From the NCBI GenBank assembly GCA_965140585.1, contig OZ223264.1, forward strand, positions 608,001 through 672,000: a stretch of 64,000 nt of DNA. The letters run 5' to 3'. The translations under genes and the position numbers were made by a program. The notes under the pieces are model-generated. The model had not been told where the DNA came from, ran no database searches, and saw only the letters and a list, made by a program, of their open reading frames with translations. Source of the stretch: Spirochaetia bacterium (GTDB lineage Bacteria > Spirochaetota > Spirochaetia > UBA9216). Positions 51,494-61,659 of the stretch are shown in pieces (position 1 is the stretch's first letter; the number at the start of each line of letters is the position of its first letter).

Positions 51494-52315
51494 ATGAAAA
51501 AAGATGATCTGCATTACAGGATATTTAAAAAAGGAAGCAAAACCTACTTTACAAGCAGTCTGTTCTTCCCTCCGGACAAGCGAGATGATGTATTTATCCT
51601 CTATGGCTTTGTGCGCACGGCCGATGACTATGTAGATGAAATTCCCCAGGACAGCGATGGTTTTTATAAGTTCTGTTCCGATTACAGATCGGTACTGGCC
51701 GGAAACGGTGAATGCGGTAATCCGATTATAGACCGCTTTGTTGAACTTTCCAGAAGAAAAAATTTCGACCCTGCATGGACCGAGGCTTTTCTTCATTCCA
51801 TGGAGCTTGATCTGAGAAAAAAAGTGTATCAGACGCTGGATGATACACTGGAGTATATCTATGGTTCGGCGGAAGTTATCGGTCTGTACATGTCTAGGCT
51901 AATGGAGCTTCCTGAAGAAGCCTTTCATTCTGCAAGAATGCTTGGGCGGGCAATGCAGTACATAAATTTTATCAGGGATATTGCCGAAGATAACGAACTT
52001 GGCCGCAGATACCTGCCTGTTGAAGGCAGCGGATTGGAGTCTCTTTCAGAGGAGTACTGCAGAACACATAGTGACAGCTTTATTGACTTTCACAGAAAGC
52101 AGATTAGATTATATACACAATGGCATAATGAAGCGGTTAATGGTTATTCCTACATCCCGAAGAAAATGCGGGTTCCGATAAAAACGGCGGATGACATGTA
52201 TATGTGGACGGCCTCTCAAATTGAAAAGGATCCATTTATCGTTTTCCGCAGGAAGGTAAAGCCTGAAAAAGGTAGAATAATACGGCAGGTTATTAAAAAC
52301 TTTTTTACAGCATGA
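51494..52315 (+). CDS. crtB: Phytoene synthase
   Basis: GSKTY, RTADDYVD, YIYGSAEVIG, NFIRDIAED. Confidence 0.92.
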   Translation: MKKDDLHYRIFKKGSKTYFTSSLFFPPDKRDDVFILYGFVRTADDYVDEIPQDSDGFYKFCSDYRSVLAGNGECGNPIIDRFVELSRRKNFDPAWTEAFLHSMELDLRKKVYQTLDDTLEYIYGSAEVIGLYMSRLMELPEEAFHSARMLGRAMQYINFIRDIAEDNELGRRYLPVEGSGLESLSEEYCRTHSDSFIDFHRKQIRLYTQWHNEAVNGYSYIPKKMRVPIKTADDMYMWTASQIEKDPFIVFRRKVKPEKGRIIRQVIKNFFTA

Positions 52316-52971
52316 TTATGAAAAACAGACTTTTCAAAAAAACTGAATTGTTGTTCATTCTTATATGCGCTGATTTTTACCTGATGGGTATCATCTTTCA
52401 CAGCATTGATTTTACAGCAGGTTTAATGAAGCCTGTAACTCCCTTTGTTCTTTTAATATTCGGAGCATACCTTCTGTATGCAATAAGACAGTCCATCAGC
52501 AGAAAGACTCTTATTATTATCCTGATACTGTATCTTTTCACCTTTACTCTTGAGGCATTGGGAGTTGCTACAGGCATGGTCTTTGGAGAGTATTATTACG
52601 GAGATACCCTTGGGATGAAAGTTTTTGAAGTGCCTCTTGTTATAGGCTTTAACTGGGTGCTGATTATCTACGGACTTTATAGTGCCGCTGCTAAAATTTT
52701 TTCGGGTAACGGATGGCTTAATATCTTTATTGTCTCTGCAGGAGCGGTCGTTTTTGATTATGTAATGGAGCCTGCGGCCATAGGTTTGAAGTACTGGACC
52801 TGGACGGATGGTGTTATTCCGCTTCAGAATTATATAGCCTGGTTTATAATTGCATTTATATGCGCAGCTGTTTTCAAACTGGCAGGAACAAAGACTGCAG
52901 GCTATCTCCCTGCAGTTTATGTGGCAATACAATCGGTTTTTTTTATACTTCTTCGAATTATTGTTTTATGA
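52312..52971 (+). CDS. cruF: Carotenoid 1,2-hydratase (CruF/DUF422)
   Basis: EALGVATG, FGEYYYG, VPLVIGFNW, DYVMEP, PLQNYIAW. Confidence 0.85.
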   Translation: MIMKNRLFKKTELLFILICADFYLMGIIFHSIDFTAGLMKPVTPFVLLIFGAYLLYAIRQSISRKTLIIILILYLFTFTLEALGVATGMVFGEYYYGDTLGMKVFEVPLVIGFNWVLIIYGLYSAAAKIFSGNGWLNIFIVSAGAVVFDYVMEPAAIGLKYWTWTDGVIPLQNYIAWFIIAFICAAVFKLAGTKTAGYLPAVYVAIQSVFFILLRIIVL

Positions 52972-52981
52972 GGAATACAGC

Positions 52982-54049
52982 GTGAATGATTTTTTTCCTG
53001 AACACCGAGCAGAAATGATAAAGTGCCTCACCGATTATCTTAGAAATTTTCCCGGCGATACCGCTATTTGTTTTGAACATGATGATGTTCTTCAAACTCT
53101 ACTTGACTTCACCCTCAATGGAAAGATGATTCGCGGACGGCTGGTCAAGCTTGGATTTCGGCTGTTTGAAAAGCAGGATTCCTGCAACACGGTAATTGCC
53201 GGTTCTGCATTGGAACTGCTTCAGTCCGCGCTTTTGATCCATGATGATATCATGGATAACGACACTATGCGCCGGGGGCATTCCTCGATATACAGCAGAT
53301 ATGCAAAGATAATTGCCGGGGTATCAGCAGGAAAGGCGGTTGATTTTGAAGAAACCGGGAAATCTCTTGCTGTATGTGCAGGTGATATTGCCTTCTTTGC
53401 GGGAATGGATCTTCTCTCATCACTGTCTGTTTCTGCTGATATTTTAAAACAGTTAAGCTCGCTATTTTCGAGGGAGATGATCTACGTTGGCCTGGGCCAG
53501 ATGCAGGATGTAGCATCCGGCATAATACCGGGAATAATGAGCAGGGAGCAAATTTTAAATCTTTACCGTGTTAAAACCGGACGCTACACTTTTTCGCTTC
53601 CTCTTATGACTGGAGCAATCCTTGCCGGAGCAGATGAAAAGGCTGTTAAGCAGCTTTCTGAAATAGGTGAAATTCTTGGGATCATCTTTCAAATCAGGGA
53701 TGATGAACTTGGGCTTTTATCAAGCTCCGATGTTATCGGCAAGCCGGTAGGCAGTGATATAAGGCAGGGAAAGATTACCCTTTTCGTATCACTTTTCCTT
53801 GAGGCTGCCTCAGATGAAGACAAGGATTCTTTTTACCGTATTTTTGGCGGGGAAACCTTATCTTCCGGTGAAATTGACGAGGTCATCAGTCTTTTTAGAA
53901 AGTACAGTGTTATCGAGACCGTCAGGGAAGCTGCAGAAACGCATTCTGAAGAAACCGAGATGCTGATTCGTTCAATAGAAAATACTGATCCTGAAATGAT
54001 AGCGATACTCTCAGAAATTAATTCAGTCAATCTGCAGAGGGCAAAGTAA
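52982..54049 (+). CDS. crtE: Polyprenyl (geranylgeranyl) diphosphate synthase
   Basis: GKMIR, HDDIMD...RRG, GQMQD, KTGRY, FQIRDD; GAGGA RBS before GTG at 52982. Confidence 0.85.
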   Translation: MNDFFPEHRAEMIKCLTDYLRNFPGDTAICFEHDDVLQTLLDFTLNGKMIRGRLVKLGFRLFEKQDSCNTVIAGSALELLQSALLIHDDIMDNDTMRRGHSSIYSRYAKIIAGVSAGKAVDFEETGKSLAVCAGDIAFFAGMDLLSSLSVSADILKQLSSLFSREMIYVGLGQMQDVASGIIPGIMSREQILNLYRVKTGRYTFSLPLMTGAILAGADEKAVKQLSEIGEILGIIFQIRDDELGLLSSSDVIGKPVGSDIRQGKITLFVSLFLEAASDEDKDSFYRIFGGETLSSGEIDEVISLFRKYSVIETVREAAETHSEETEMLIRSIENTDPEMIAILSEINSVNLQRAK

Positions 54050-55524
54050 TGAAAAACTGCTCAATCATTGGCGGCGGAATAGGGGGGCTTACCTCCGCTA
54101 TCTATCTTGCAAAGTCCGGCTATGCGGTTGATCTCTTTGAGCAGGAAGACCTCTGCGGGGGAAAGGCTCTTGATCACAGGGGCGGCGGTTTCCGCTTTGA
54201 CGGAGGGCCTACACTGCTTACCATGCCCTTTGTCCTTGATCTTATTGCTGATGAGACCGGAATTCCGGTTGAACAGCGTCCAGAAATAAAACCGCTTGAG
54301 GAAACCTGCAGGTATTTCTATCCGGATAAGAGTGTTTTTCATGCATATACCGACAGGCATATGCTTTACGAAGAGATCTCAAGGAATATGACCGATTCTC
54401 CCCAGCAAATGGCTGAATATCTTTCTTATGTTAAACGAATCTATGATCTTTGTTCAGAGCTTTTTGTTTTCTCAAGTTTTCACGAGTTCGACGTTCTGAT
54501 GAGCAACCGTGATCTTATGAAGATGAATCAGCTGATTGAGATTGATCCGTTCAGAACCATGCATACAGCCAATAGATCCTTTTTCAAGGATAAGCGCCTT
54601 GTACAGTATGCCGACAGGTATGCCACTTACAGTGGAAGCAACCCATACCGTGTCCCCGGAACTCTTAACATCATCCATCATGTGGAGCAGCTCGGCGCAT
54701 CAGTTCCGTCGGAGGGGATTGCCGCCCTCCCGCAATTTCTTCAAAGGGCAGCGGTGAATGCCGGGGTAAGAATATATACCGGAATCGGTGTAAAGAAGAT
54801 TAATCTTGAACGCTCATCGGTTAAGTCATTGACCACTGACGCGGGTGAGGTCCCATGCCGAAGAATTATAAGCAATGTCGATGTCTCAATGACATATAAA
54901 AAACTGATGCCCGGTCATTATAATGCAGATCTTTTTAAATATGACATCACCCAGTCCTCGCTGTCGGCAATGGTTTTCTACTGGGGCATGAAGATCTGTC
55001 AGGACAAGCTTGCAGTGCATAATATTCTGTTTTCTGCCGATTACCGCAGGGAGTTCAGAAAACTCTTCGGAAGCAAAAGGTTTCCAGACGATCCAACGGT
55101 TTATATTTACATTTCTTCAGGGTATAAGGCTTCGGATGCTCCGGAGGGGCACGAAAACTGGTATGTTATGATAAATGCTCCCCGAATAGCCGGTCAATAC
55201 TGGGCGAAAGAGATTGAGCGCGCCCGTACTGCGGTTAAAAGACGAATTCTTGAAGAACTTGATATTGATGTTGATGAGCATCTTGTATATGAAGATGTCT
55301 TTACCCCTGAACAGATTGAAAAAAGAACCGGCAGTTATCAGGGCAGCCTTTACGGAATATCTTCAAATAACATGTTTGCAGCCTTTTTCCGCCAGGGAAA
55401 CCGCTCAAAGCGCTTCGGCGGACTGTACTTTTGCGGAGGCAGTGCTCATCCGGGAGCGGGAATGCCTCTTTCAATGCTTTCGGGGCGTACGGCTGCAGGG
55501 ATACTGAAGAGGCGGGATGGCTGA
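54049..55524 (+). CDS. Second CrtI-family desaturase, CrtD-like (hydroxycarotenoid 3,4-desaturase)
   Basis: IIGGGIGGL, FDGGPTLLTMP, RYATYSGS, GSLYGISSN, GGSAHPGAGMP. Confidence 0.8.
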   Translation: MKNCSIIGGGIGGLTSAIYLAKSGYAVDLFEQEDLCGGKALDHRGGGFRFDGGPTLLTMPFVLDLIADETGIPVEQRPEIKPLEETCRYFYPDKSVFHAYTDRHMLYEEISRNMTDSPQQMAEYLSYVKRIYDLCSELFVFSSFHEFDVLMSNRDLMKMNQLIEIDPFRTMHTANRSFFKDKRLVQYADRYATYSGSNPYRVPGTLNIIHHVEQLGASVPSEGIAALPQFLQRAAVNAGVRIYTGIGVKKINLERSSVKSLTTDAGEVPCRRIISNVDVSMTYKKLMPGHYNADLFKYDITQSSLSAMVFYWGMKICQDKLAVHNILFSADYRREFRKLFGSKRFPDDPTVYIYISSGYKASDAPEGHENWYVMINAPRIAGQYWAKEIERARTAVKRRILEELDIDVDEHLVYEDVFTPEQIEKRTGSYQGSLYGISSNNMFAAFFRQGNRSKRFGGLYFCGGSAHPGAGMPLSMLSGRTAAGILKRRDG

Positions 55525-56219
55525 TGATTAAAACCATGCATACACAGTGGGCAAGGGCTGTGTTCACTCCGGTTATAGAAGGGCTGCTCAGGACCAGTTT
55601 CAGCTCTTTTTATTCAACGGCCAGTGTGCCCGAAATTGATCCTGCTTCAGGGCTCCTTATACTGCCTAACCATTTCAGCTGGTGGGACGGCTTTTTCATG
55701 TACCATCTTCTCTTTCCCATGAGCAACAGGAAGGTGCATCTGATGATGCTTGAAAGGCAGCTGCGTCGATACTGGTATTTCAGGCATATCGGCGCGTTCT
55801 CTATAAACCCGGGGGCTGCGGCCTCTGTTATTGAATCTCTGGAATATACAGCCGGGATTTTGAATGATTCTTCAAGGCTTGCGATTATTTATCCTCAGGG
55901 AGAAATCCAGTCGCAGTTCAGCCGCAGTATAAAGCTTTATCCCGGTTTCGCATCTGCACTGAAAAAAACAGAAAAGCCTGTAACTGTTCTTCCTGTTTTT
56001 TTTGCCGTGGACTGGTTTGAGCATAAAAAACCGGAGATTTGGTTCAGATACGGTACTCCGTTCAGTAAGGAAGAGGTTCTGGGTGATTTATCCGGATTTT
56101 TCAGAACCTTTAATCGGGGATTCACTGAGCTGAAAAACAGCATCATCTCACGTGATTTTATGACCGATTGCTTTAGAGAAAGAGACCGAAAGCTTTGGTC
56201 TATTAATGCTCAGAATTAA
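55524..56219 (+). CDS. PlsC-like acyltransferase (carotenoid glycoside acyltransferase, CruD-like)
   Basis: NHFSWWD (HxxxxD) and IYPQGE; ATG overlaps the upstream TGA. Confidence 0.82.
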   Translation: MIKTMHTQWARAVFTPVIEGLLRTSFSSFYSTASVPEIDPASGLLILPNHFSWWDGFFMYHLLFPMSNRKVHLMMLERQLRRYWYFRHIGAFSINPGAAASVIESLEYTAGILNDSSRLAIIYPQGEIQSQFSRSIKLYPGFASALKKTEKPVTVLPVFFAVDWFEHKKPEIWFRYGTPFSKEEVLGDLSGFFRTFNRGFTELKNSIISRDFMTDCFRERDRKLWSINAQN

Positions 56220-56238
56220 GGATGGTAGAAATTTACTG

Positions 56239-57978
56239 ATGAATCATGAAGTTATAACAGCAGATGTTCTAATCATCGGAGCAGGTCTGGCCGGCTGCAG
56301 CGCCGCAGCTGAGTGTGCTGCAGCAGGACTGCAGACAATTGTTTTAAGCAAGCTTCATCCTCTTAGAAGTCATTCAGGTGCTGCCCAGGGCGGGATAAAT
56401 GCTGCTCTGTATGAAGAGTCAACAGCCGGGCATCAGGCTGATACCGTAAGAGGCAGTGATTATCTTGCGGATCAGGATGCCGTTGAAATACTGTGCAATG
56501 AAGCTCTAACTGAAGTAAGGCGTCTTGAGGCCTGCGGGGCAGTTTTTTCCAGAACCCCTGAAGGGCGGATCTCTCAGCGTCCATTCGGTGGTCAGGGAAA
56601 GAGCCGAACCTGCTATGCCAAGGACAGAACCGGCCTTGTCTGCCTGCAGACTGTCTATGAGCAGGCTTTAAAAGCCAGAGTCGGCTTTTATGATGAGTGG
56701 TACGTAACAGATCTTGTTTATGATAAGGCCGAAAAGAAGGCTTACGGCGTGGTAGCTTACAATCTTAGAACTACAAAGCCTGTAGTTTTTCTCGCCGGGG
56801 CTGTCCTTTTTGCCACCGGCGGCTACGGTAGGGCATTCAGACGCAATTCGAATGCCCATGCAAATACGGGAGATGCACTTTCAATCTTTTTGAGAAACGG
56901 GCTTCCCCTTGAGGATATGGAATTTGTTCAGTTTCATCCTACCGGACTTTCCGATTCAGGAATTCTTATCTCGGAGGCTGCCCGCGGCGAGGGCGGGTAT
57001 CTTTTAAACAGCCAGGGTGAAAGATTCATGAAATTATATGCACCCGGAAGACTGGAACTTGCGCCGCGGGACGTAGTCAGCCGGGCTGTAGAAACTGAAA
57101 TAATTGAAGGTCGGGGGACAGGCCCTGGGAAGGATTCAATCCATCTTGATTTGAGTCATCTTGGTGCTGCAGAAGTTCAAAGGCTTCTGCCTGAACTCAG
57201 AGACCTTGCCCTCTGTTTTCAGAATGAAGATCTCGGAACCGTTCCAGTTCGAATAGCTCCTACAGCCCATTACAGCATGGGCGGAATTCCCGTTGATACA
57301 GACTGCAGGGTTTTCTCCGGAGTTACTCAAAAGACTGCAGGGCTGTATGCCGCAGGAGAATGCGCCTGTGTCAGCGTTCACGGCGCCAACAGGCTCGGAG
57401 GGAATTCACTGCTTGAGGCTGTTGTTTACGGTAGGCGTGCCGGCCGAACTATTTCCGCTGATTTTAAAAATCTGAAGATTTCGTCACTTATCGGAGAACA
57501 AAGCAAGGCTCTTGCCTCATCGATTCTTGAAAAAACATATTCAGAACTTTCCGCCTTTGAGAATGCCTCCGGCACCCGAAGCTTGGCAGAAGTCCGAAGA
57601 AGGCTTCAGTCCGCAATGACTGATAATGCCGGAATATTCAGAACAGAAGACGGGCTAAGAACTCAGAAAGGCATTATTTCGCAGCTTAAAAAGGACTATG
57701 CCGATATAAGGCTTACTGACCGCTCTTCCTGTTTCAATACAGAACTGGAAGAACTTCTTGAGCTTGGTCATATGCTCGATTACTCGGCAGCAATAGTTGC
57801 CGGAGCGCTTGAACGAAAGGAAAGCAGGGGCGCCCATTGCAGGACTGATTACGCTGAACGTGATGATGAGAACTGGCTGAAGCATACCTTTACTTCATTT
57901 ACTACCGGTGATGATATTTCTATCGATTACAAGCCGGTGAGTATAAGGAGTATTATTCCACAGAAGAGGGATTATTAG
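56239..57978 (+). CDS. sdhA: Succinate dehydrogenase/fumarate reductase flavoprotein
   Basis: [10 protein letters not shown] (covalent FAD His), [35 protein letters not shown]. Confidence 0.93.
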   Translation: MNHEVITADVLIIGAGLAGCSAAAECAAAGLQTIVLSKLHPLRSHSGAAQGGINAALYEESTAGHQADTVRGSDYLADQDAVEILCNEALTEVRRLEACGAVFSRTPEGRISQRPFGGQGKSRTCYAKDRTGLVCLQTVYEQALKARVGFYDEWYVTDLVYDKAEKKAYGVVAYNLRTTKPVVFLAGAVLFATGGYGRAFRRNSNAHANTGDALSIFLRNGLPLEDMEFVQFHPTGLSDSGILISEAARGEGGYLLNSQGERFMKLYAPGRLELAPRDVVSRAVETEIIEGRGTGPGKDSIHLDLSHLGAAEVQRLLPELRDLALCFQNEDLGTVPVRIAPTAHYSMGGIPVDTDCRVFSGVTQKTAGLYAAGECACVSVHGANRLGGNSLLEAVVYGRRAGRTISADFKNLKISSLIGEQSKALASSILEKTYSELSAFENASGTRSLAEVRRRLQSAMTDNAGIFRTEDGLRTQKGIISQLKKDYADIRLTDRSSCFNTELEELLELGHMLDYSAAIVAGALERKESRGAHCRTDYAERDDENWLKHTFTSFTTGDDISIDYKPVSIRSIIPQKRDY

Positions 57979-57985
57979 ACTTATT

Positions 57986-58945
57986 ATGGATGAAGATAGA
58001 GAAGTAAATTTTAAAATATACAGATTTAACCCTGATTCAGGAGTTCTTCCCCGGTTTGACAGCTATATCCTCGAATGCGGGGAGAGTGAGCAGGTTCTTG
58101 ATATTCTTATCCGAATCAAGGAAGACCATGATCCGGGCTTATCTTTCCGGCGTTCGTGTCGCCACGGTATCTGCGGTTCCTGCGCAGTCAGGGTTAATGG
58201 AAAGCCGGTTCTTGCATGCAAAACTCCAGTATCCGGGCTTGTCGCCGATTTTGGAACCGAACTCAGCGTTACTCCTCTGATTTATGATCGGGTTCTTAAG
58301 GATCTTATTATTGACAGAGATGATTACTGGCAGAAGATGCAGGAGGTTAAGCCCTATACCGTGACAATCGATAAATTTCAGCCGGAATCTGATGAACTGC
58401 TTATCAAGCCTGAACTGAATGACGGAATTGCTGATGCAGATTACTGTATCCAGTGCTCTTCATGTTATTATGTATGTCCCGTACTGAAAATATCGCCGTC
58501 CTTTCTTGGGCCTGCAGCCTTTGTTAAGGCTGCAAGATTCACTGCGGATGTTCGTGATTATTCATCAGACAGGCTTGCAATTGTTAATCAAAACAAAACC
58601 GGTGTCTGGGACTGTGTTAAATGCCTGAAATGTACAGAAAGCTGTCCGAAGGGGATAGATCCTTTCAGGCTGATTACAAGGCTAAGGCAGGGGGGGATAT
58701 CAGCAGGAGCGGTGAAAGACCCTGTTCATACAAGACATGTTACCGGTTTCCGGACTGCAATACGTCATGTCGGTACTATAAATGAACTTCTTCTTGCATT
58801 TTTTACTCTGCGTTTCGGCCTTATTAGAATGATTCCGCGCGGAATACTAATGGTCTTGAAGCGAAAACTTCATCTTAACCCTCTTTCTCCGAAAAGCCGC
58901 AATATTGATGAGGTTCGGAAATATTTTAAGGATAAAAGAAAATGA
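57986..58945 (+). CDS. sdhB: Succinate dehydrogenase/fumarate reductase Fe-S subunit
   Basis: SCRHGICGSC (2Fe-2S), CIQCSSCYYVCP, CVKCLKCTESCP. Confidence 0.92.
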   Translation: MDEDREVNFKIYRFNPDSGVLPRFDSYILECGESEQVLDILIRIKEDHDPGLSFRRSCRHGICGSCAVRVNGKPVLACKTPVSGLVADFGTELSVTPLIYDRVLKDLIIDRDDYWQKMQEVKPYTVTIDKFQPESDELLIKPELNDGIADADYCIQCSSCYYVCPVLKISPSFLGPAAFVKAARFTADVRDYSSDRLAIVNQNKTGVWDCVKCLKCTESCPKGIDPFRLITRLRQGGISAGAVKDPVHTRHVTGFRTAIRHVGTINELLLAFFTLRFGLIRMIPRGILMVLKRKLHLNPLSPKSRNIDEVRKYFKDKRK

Positions 58946-59910
58946 CATTTGCTTTATATACAGGCTGTACGCCCAAGGTTGCCGAGCCTGAGCTTCTTAA
59001 ATCAGCATACGCGCTGGCAGAGCATCTGGGCTGGGACTTTATAGAGAAAAGGGAATTTACCTGCTGCGGCGGATCTCATCTTCAGGATGCGGATGATGAT
59101 GAAACAATGTTTATTAACCTGCGCAACCTTGCTTATGCTGAACAGGACGGCCTTGATGTTGTAACATTGTGCAACACCTGCCAGTTTGTTATATCTGATT
59201 TCAGACAGAGGGCTCTATCATCCCCTGAGAAAATGGATGAAATTAATAAAAGCCTTGGCAGGCACAACCTCAGTTTCAGTGGAAAAAGCAGGGTTATACA
59301 CTTTCTCTATGCACTGATCGAGACCCTCGGTTATGAGGGGATTGCCTCAAGGGTTGTTAAGCCGCTGACCGGGTTAAAAGTCGCATCTTTTTACGGATGC
59401 CACAATATCAGGCCTTCCGGACTTCAGACTGATGTCAACCTTGGTGAGAATTCATGGAAACCGCGTTCTCTGGACAGGCTTGTCGAAGCACTTGGCGGCG
59501 AGCCTGTATATTTCCCGGAGGCTGACAGCTGCTGCGGTTTTCATACTTCACTTTACTCAGGACGCATCTCGGGTAAATTAAGCGGTCTTATCCTTAAACA
59601 GGCCTTTGAAATGGGGGCCGATGTGATGATTACTCCCTGTCCGCTCTGTCATACCAATCTTGACGCAGCGCAGTATGAAGCCAGAAGGGAAGTAGGGCTT
59701 GGTTTTGGCTTCCCGCTGCCGATTCCCCGTTTTATCAGGAGTTCCGAGTTTACACCCGGGTTTATTAAAGAAGATTTTGATCTTCCTATTCTTCATTTTG
59801 AACAGCTTATTGGTTTGAGCTGGGGGCTTGACCGACGGCAGCTCGGTATGAACCATAATATTATTTCCTGGAGGAAAAACAGGCGTCTCAGGAATCTTGT
59901 AAATGGGTAA
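58942..59910 (+). CDS. CCG-domain (HdrB/SdhE-like) subunit
   Basis: YTGC, CCGG, CNTC, FYGCH, CCG, PCPLC. Confidence 0.9.
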   Translation: MTFALYTGCTPKVAEPELLKSAYALAEHLGWDFIEKREFTCCGGSHLQDADDDETMFINLRNLAYAEQDGLDVVTLCNTCQFVISDFRQRALSSPEKMDEINKSLGRHNLSFSGKSRVIHFLYALIETLGYEGIASRVVKPLTGLKVASFYGCHNIRPSGLQTDVNLGENSWKPRSLDRLVEALGGEPVYFPEADSCCGFHTSLYSGRISGKLSGLILKQAFEMGADVMITPCPLCHTNLDAAQYEARREVGLGFGFPLPIPRFIRSSEFTPGFIKEDFDLPILHFEQLIGLSWGLDRRQLGMNHNIISWRKNRRLRNLVNG

Positions 59911-59918
59911 TTCAGTAA

Positions 59919-60878
59919 ATGGATGGCGTTGTTTTTAAAAGGATAAAAATAAATCCGGGCAGGATGATAAAAAGTATACCCGGCTTGTTGGAAAAACTCC
60001 CGACAGCCTATTCCGCTCTTAGGCCGAAAACCCTTGCTGTAGGCTTTTCACCTGTTATGGCATCTCTTTCTCTTAGCCGTTTTATAAACGGAAAACTGAA
60101 TATATCTTTAGCGATAGTCACTGTACTATGTGTTATATTTCTCCAGGCCGCTGCTAATCTAATGAATGATTATATGGATTATCTTAAAGGCAGCGATACA
60201 AAGGCCCGGCTCGGCCCCCTTCGATATACACAGTCCGGGCTATTATCTGTTGAAGAAATACAGCTTCTTATTATTGCTACAGCATTAATTTCTGGTCTTT
60301 CCGGCTTATACCTTGTTTTAAACGGCGGAGGTCTGCCTATAATTTTTGCTGGACTATTTTCAGTTTTCGGAACGCTTGCCTATTCAGCCTTTCGGCGGCC
60401 CTTCGGGTTTACCGGAGGCGGAGAACTTGCCGCTCTTATTTATTACGGGCCGCTTGCATCTACAGGAACTGCCTACCTTCAGTCCGGAGTGACAGACCCT
60501 TTATTTCTTATTCCGGGCTTTTCTTTCGGGATATATTCACTGGCTCTACTTACTGTAAATAATTATCGCGACAGTATTGAGGATGAGTCAACGGGTAAAA
60601 TTACCCTCGCGGTTCTGTTCGGAAGAAGACTCTCTGTAGTAATGTATTTTTCTGTAGTATTTGCTCCGATTATCAGTCTTCTCTTGTTCGCTGCGATCCC
60701 TGGACTTTCAGGATGGTTTCTGCTACCCCTGTTAACCCTGATTCCCGGAATCTTTTCCTTCAGGGGCTTTACCCGATCCGGAATCAGTCGGGACCTGAAC
60801 CGCTATCTTGGTATTACCGGATTATTATCATTTCTGCATGCAGTGCTTTACACTGCTGCAGTTTTTCTTTCGCTGTAG
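59919..60878 (+). CDS. menA: 1,4-dihydroxy-2-naphthoate prenyltransferase (UbiA family)
   Basis: RPKTL, NLMNDYMDYLKGSD, NNYRD...DESTGKITLAV. Confidence 0.88.
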   Translation: MDGVVFKRIKINPGRMIKSIPGLLEKLPTAYSALRPKTLAVGFSPVMASLSLSRFINGKLNISLAIVTVLCVIFLQAAANLMNDYMDYLKGSDTKARLGPLRYTQSGLLSVEEIQLLIIATALISGLSGLYLVLNGGGLPIIFAGLFSVFGTLAYSAFRRPFGFTGGGELAALIYYGPLASTGTAYLQSGVTDPLFLIPGFSFGIYSLALLTVNNYRDSIEDESTGKITLAVLFGRRLSVVMYFSVVFAPIISLLLFAAIPGLSGWFLLPLLTLIPGIFSFRGFTRSGISRDLNRYLGITGLLSFLHAVLYTAAVFLSL

Positions 60879-60886
60879 CTGGAAAT

Positions 60887-61657
60887 TTAAAGAGCTGAAA
60901 GCAGGAAGGCGCCTGTCCCGGCAATGCTTACAGAAAGCAGGTTTACCATGTCATTGGTCATCCACTGGAAACCGGCGACCCTGACGTTTTTATATGAGTG
61001 TTCGGTTATGTATCCCTGTTCACTGTCGATGTATTTAGCCTGAAGGGATGCTCCAAGCAGGCTGTCCGACAGTGAGCCCATGTTACCTCCGATAAATACG
61101 AAAAGAGCCTGAAGTATTCCGATTTGAGGGGCCGACAGAGCTATCAGAGCGCTGAATAATGCTCCAGCTGCAGAAGCGGAGGTTCCCAGCAGCGTAATTC
61201 CTCCGGAGACTCCGGCATCAACATGTCTGAAAGTAAGAAGAGAAATCGGTTTCTTTTTCGATAGAACGCCAATCTCACTTGCCCATGTATCGGCTGTTGC
61301 TGCTGCCAGACTTGCATATGATGCAGTAAGCCAGAAACTTTTTCCTGAAATATAGTGTATAATTACAAAGACTGCTGCAGGAAGACCGTTGGCTGCTACC
61401 TGGAGCCAGTCCCGTGTACCGCTTTTATGTATTATTCTTTCAATGTCAGGACGGTAACGTCTTTCAAGCCGCCCAATAATGGTGCTGCTCATAAAGAAAA
61501 AGACCAGTACCAGCCAAAGTACAATCCCGCCAAAAAAATAGAGTGAAAGCCCTATTGCCAAACCTAATAACGCCCCTGTACCGGTTACTGATTTCTTGAT
61601 CCACGCGCCTGCTGCCAGCAGCAGGTTCAATACTATTCCCGTAATTAAAAAAATCAT
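60887..61657 (-). CDS. DUF92/TMEM19 membrane protein (VTE6 phytyl-phosphate kinase family)
   Basis: RDWLQVAANG, AAATADTWASEIG, GVSGGITLLG, DSLLGA, NDMVN. Confidence 0.88.
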   Translation of the reverse strand: MIFLITGIVLNLLLAAGAWIKKSVTGTGALLGLAIGLSLYFFGGIVLWLVLVFFFMSSTIIGRLERRYRPDIERIIHKSGTRDWLQVAANGLPAAVFVIIHYISGKSFWLTASYASLAAATADTWASEIGVLSKKKPISLLTFRHVDAGVSGGITLLGTSASAAGALFSALIALSAPQIGILQALFVFIGGNMGSLSDSLLGASLQAKYIDSEQGYITEHSYKNVRVAGFQWMTNDMVNLLSVSIAGTGAFLLSAL

Positions 61658-61659
61658 TT

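Noticed and set aside
58942-59910. Methanogen-type heterodisulfide reductase
   Set aside because: No hdrA or hdrC; the CCG protein overlaps sdhB and fits an SdhE-like role.
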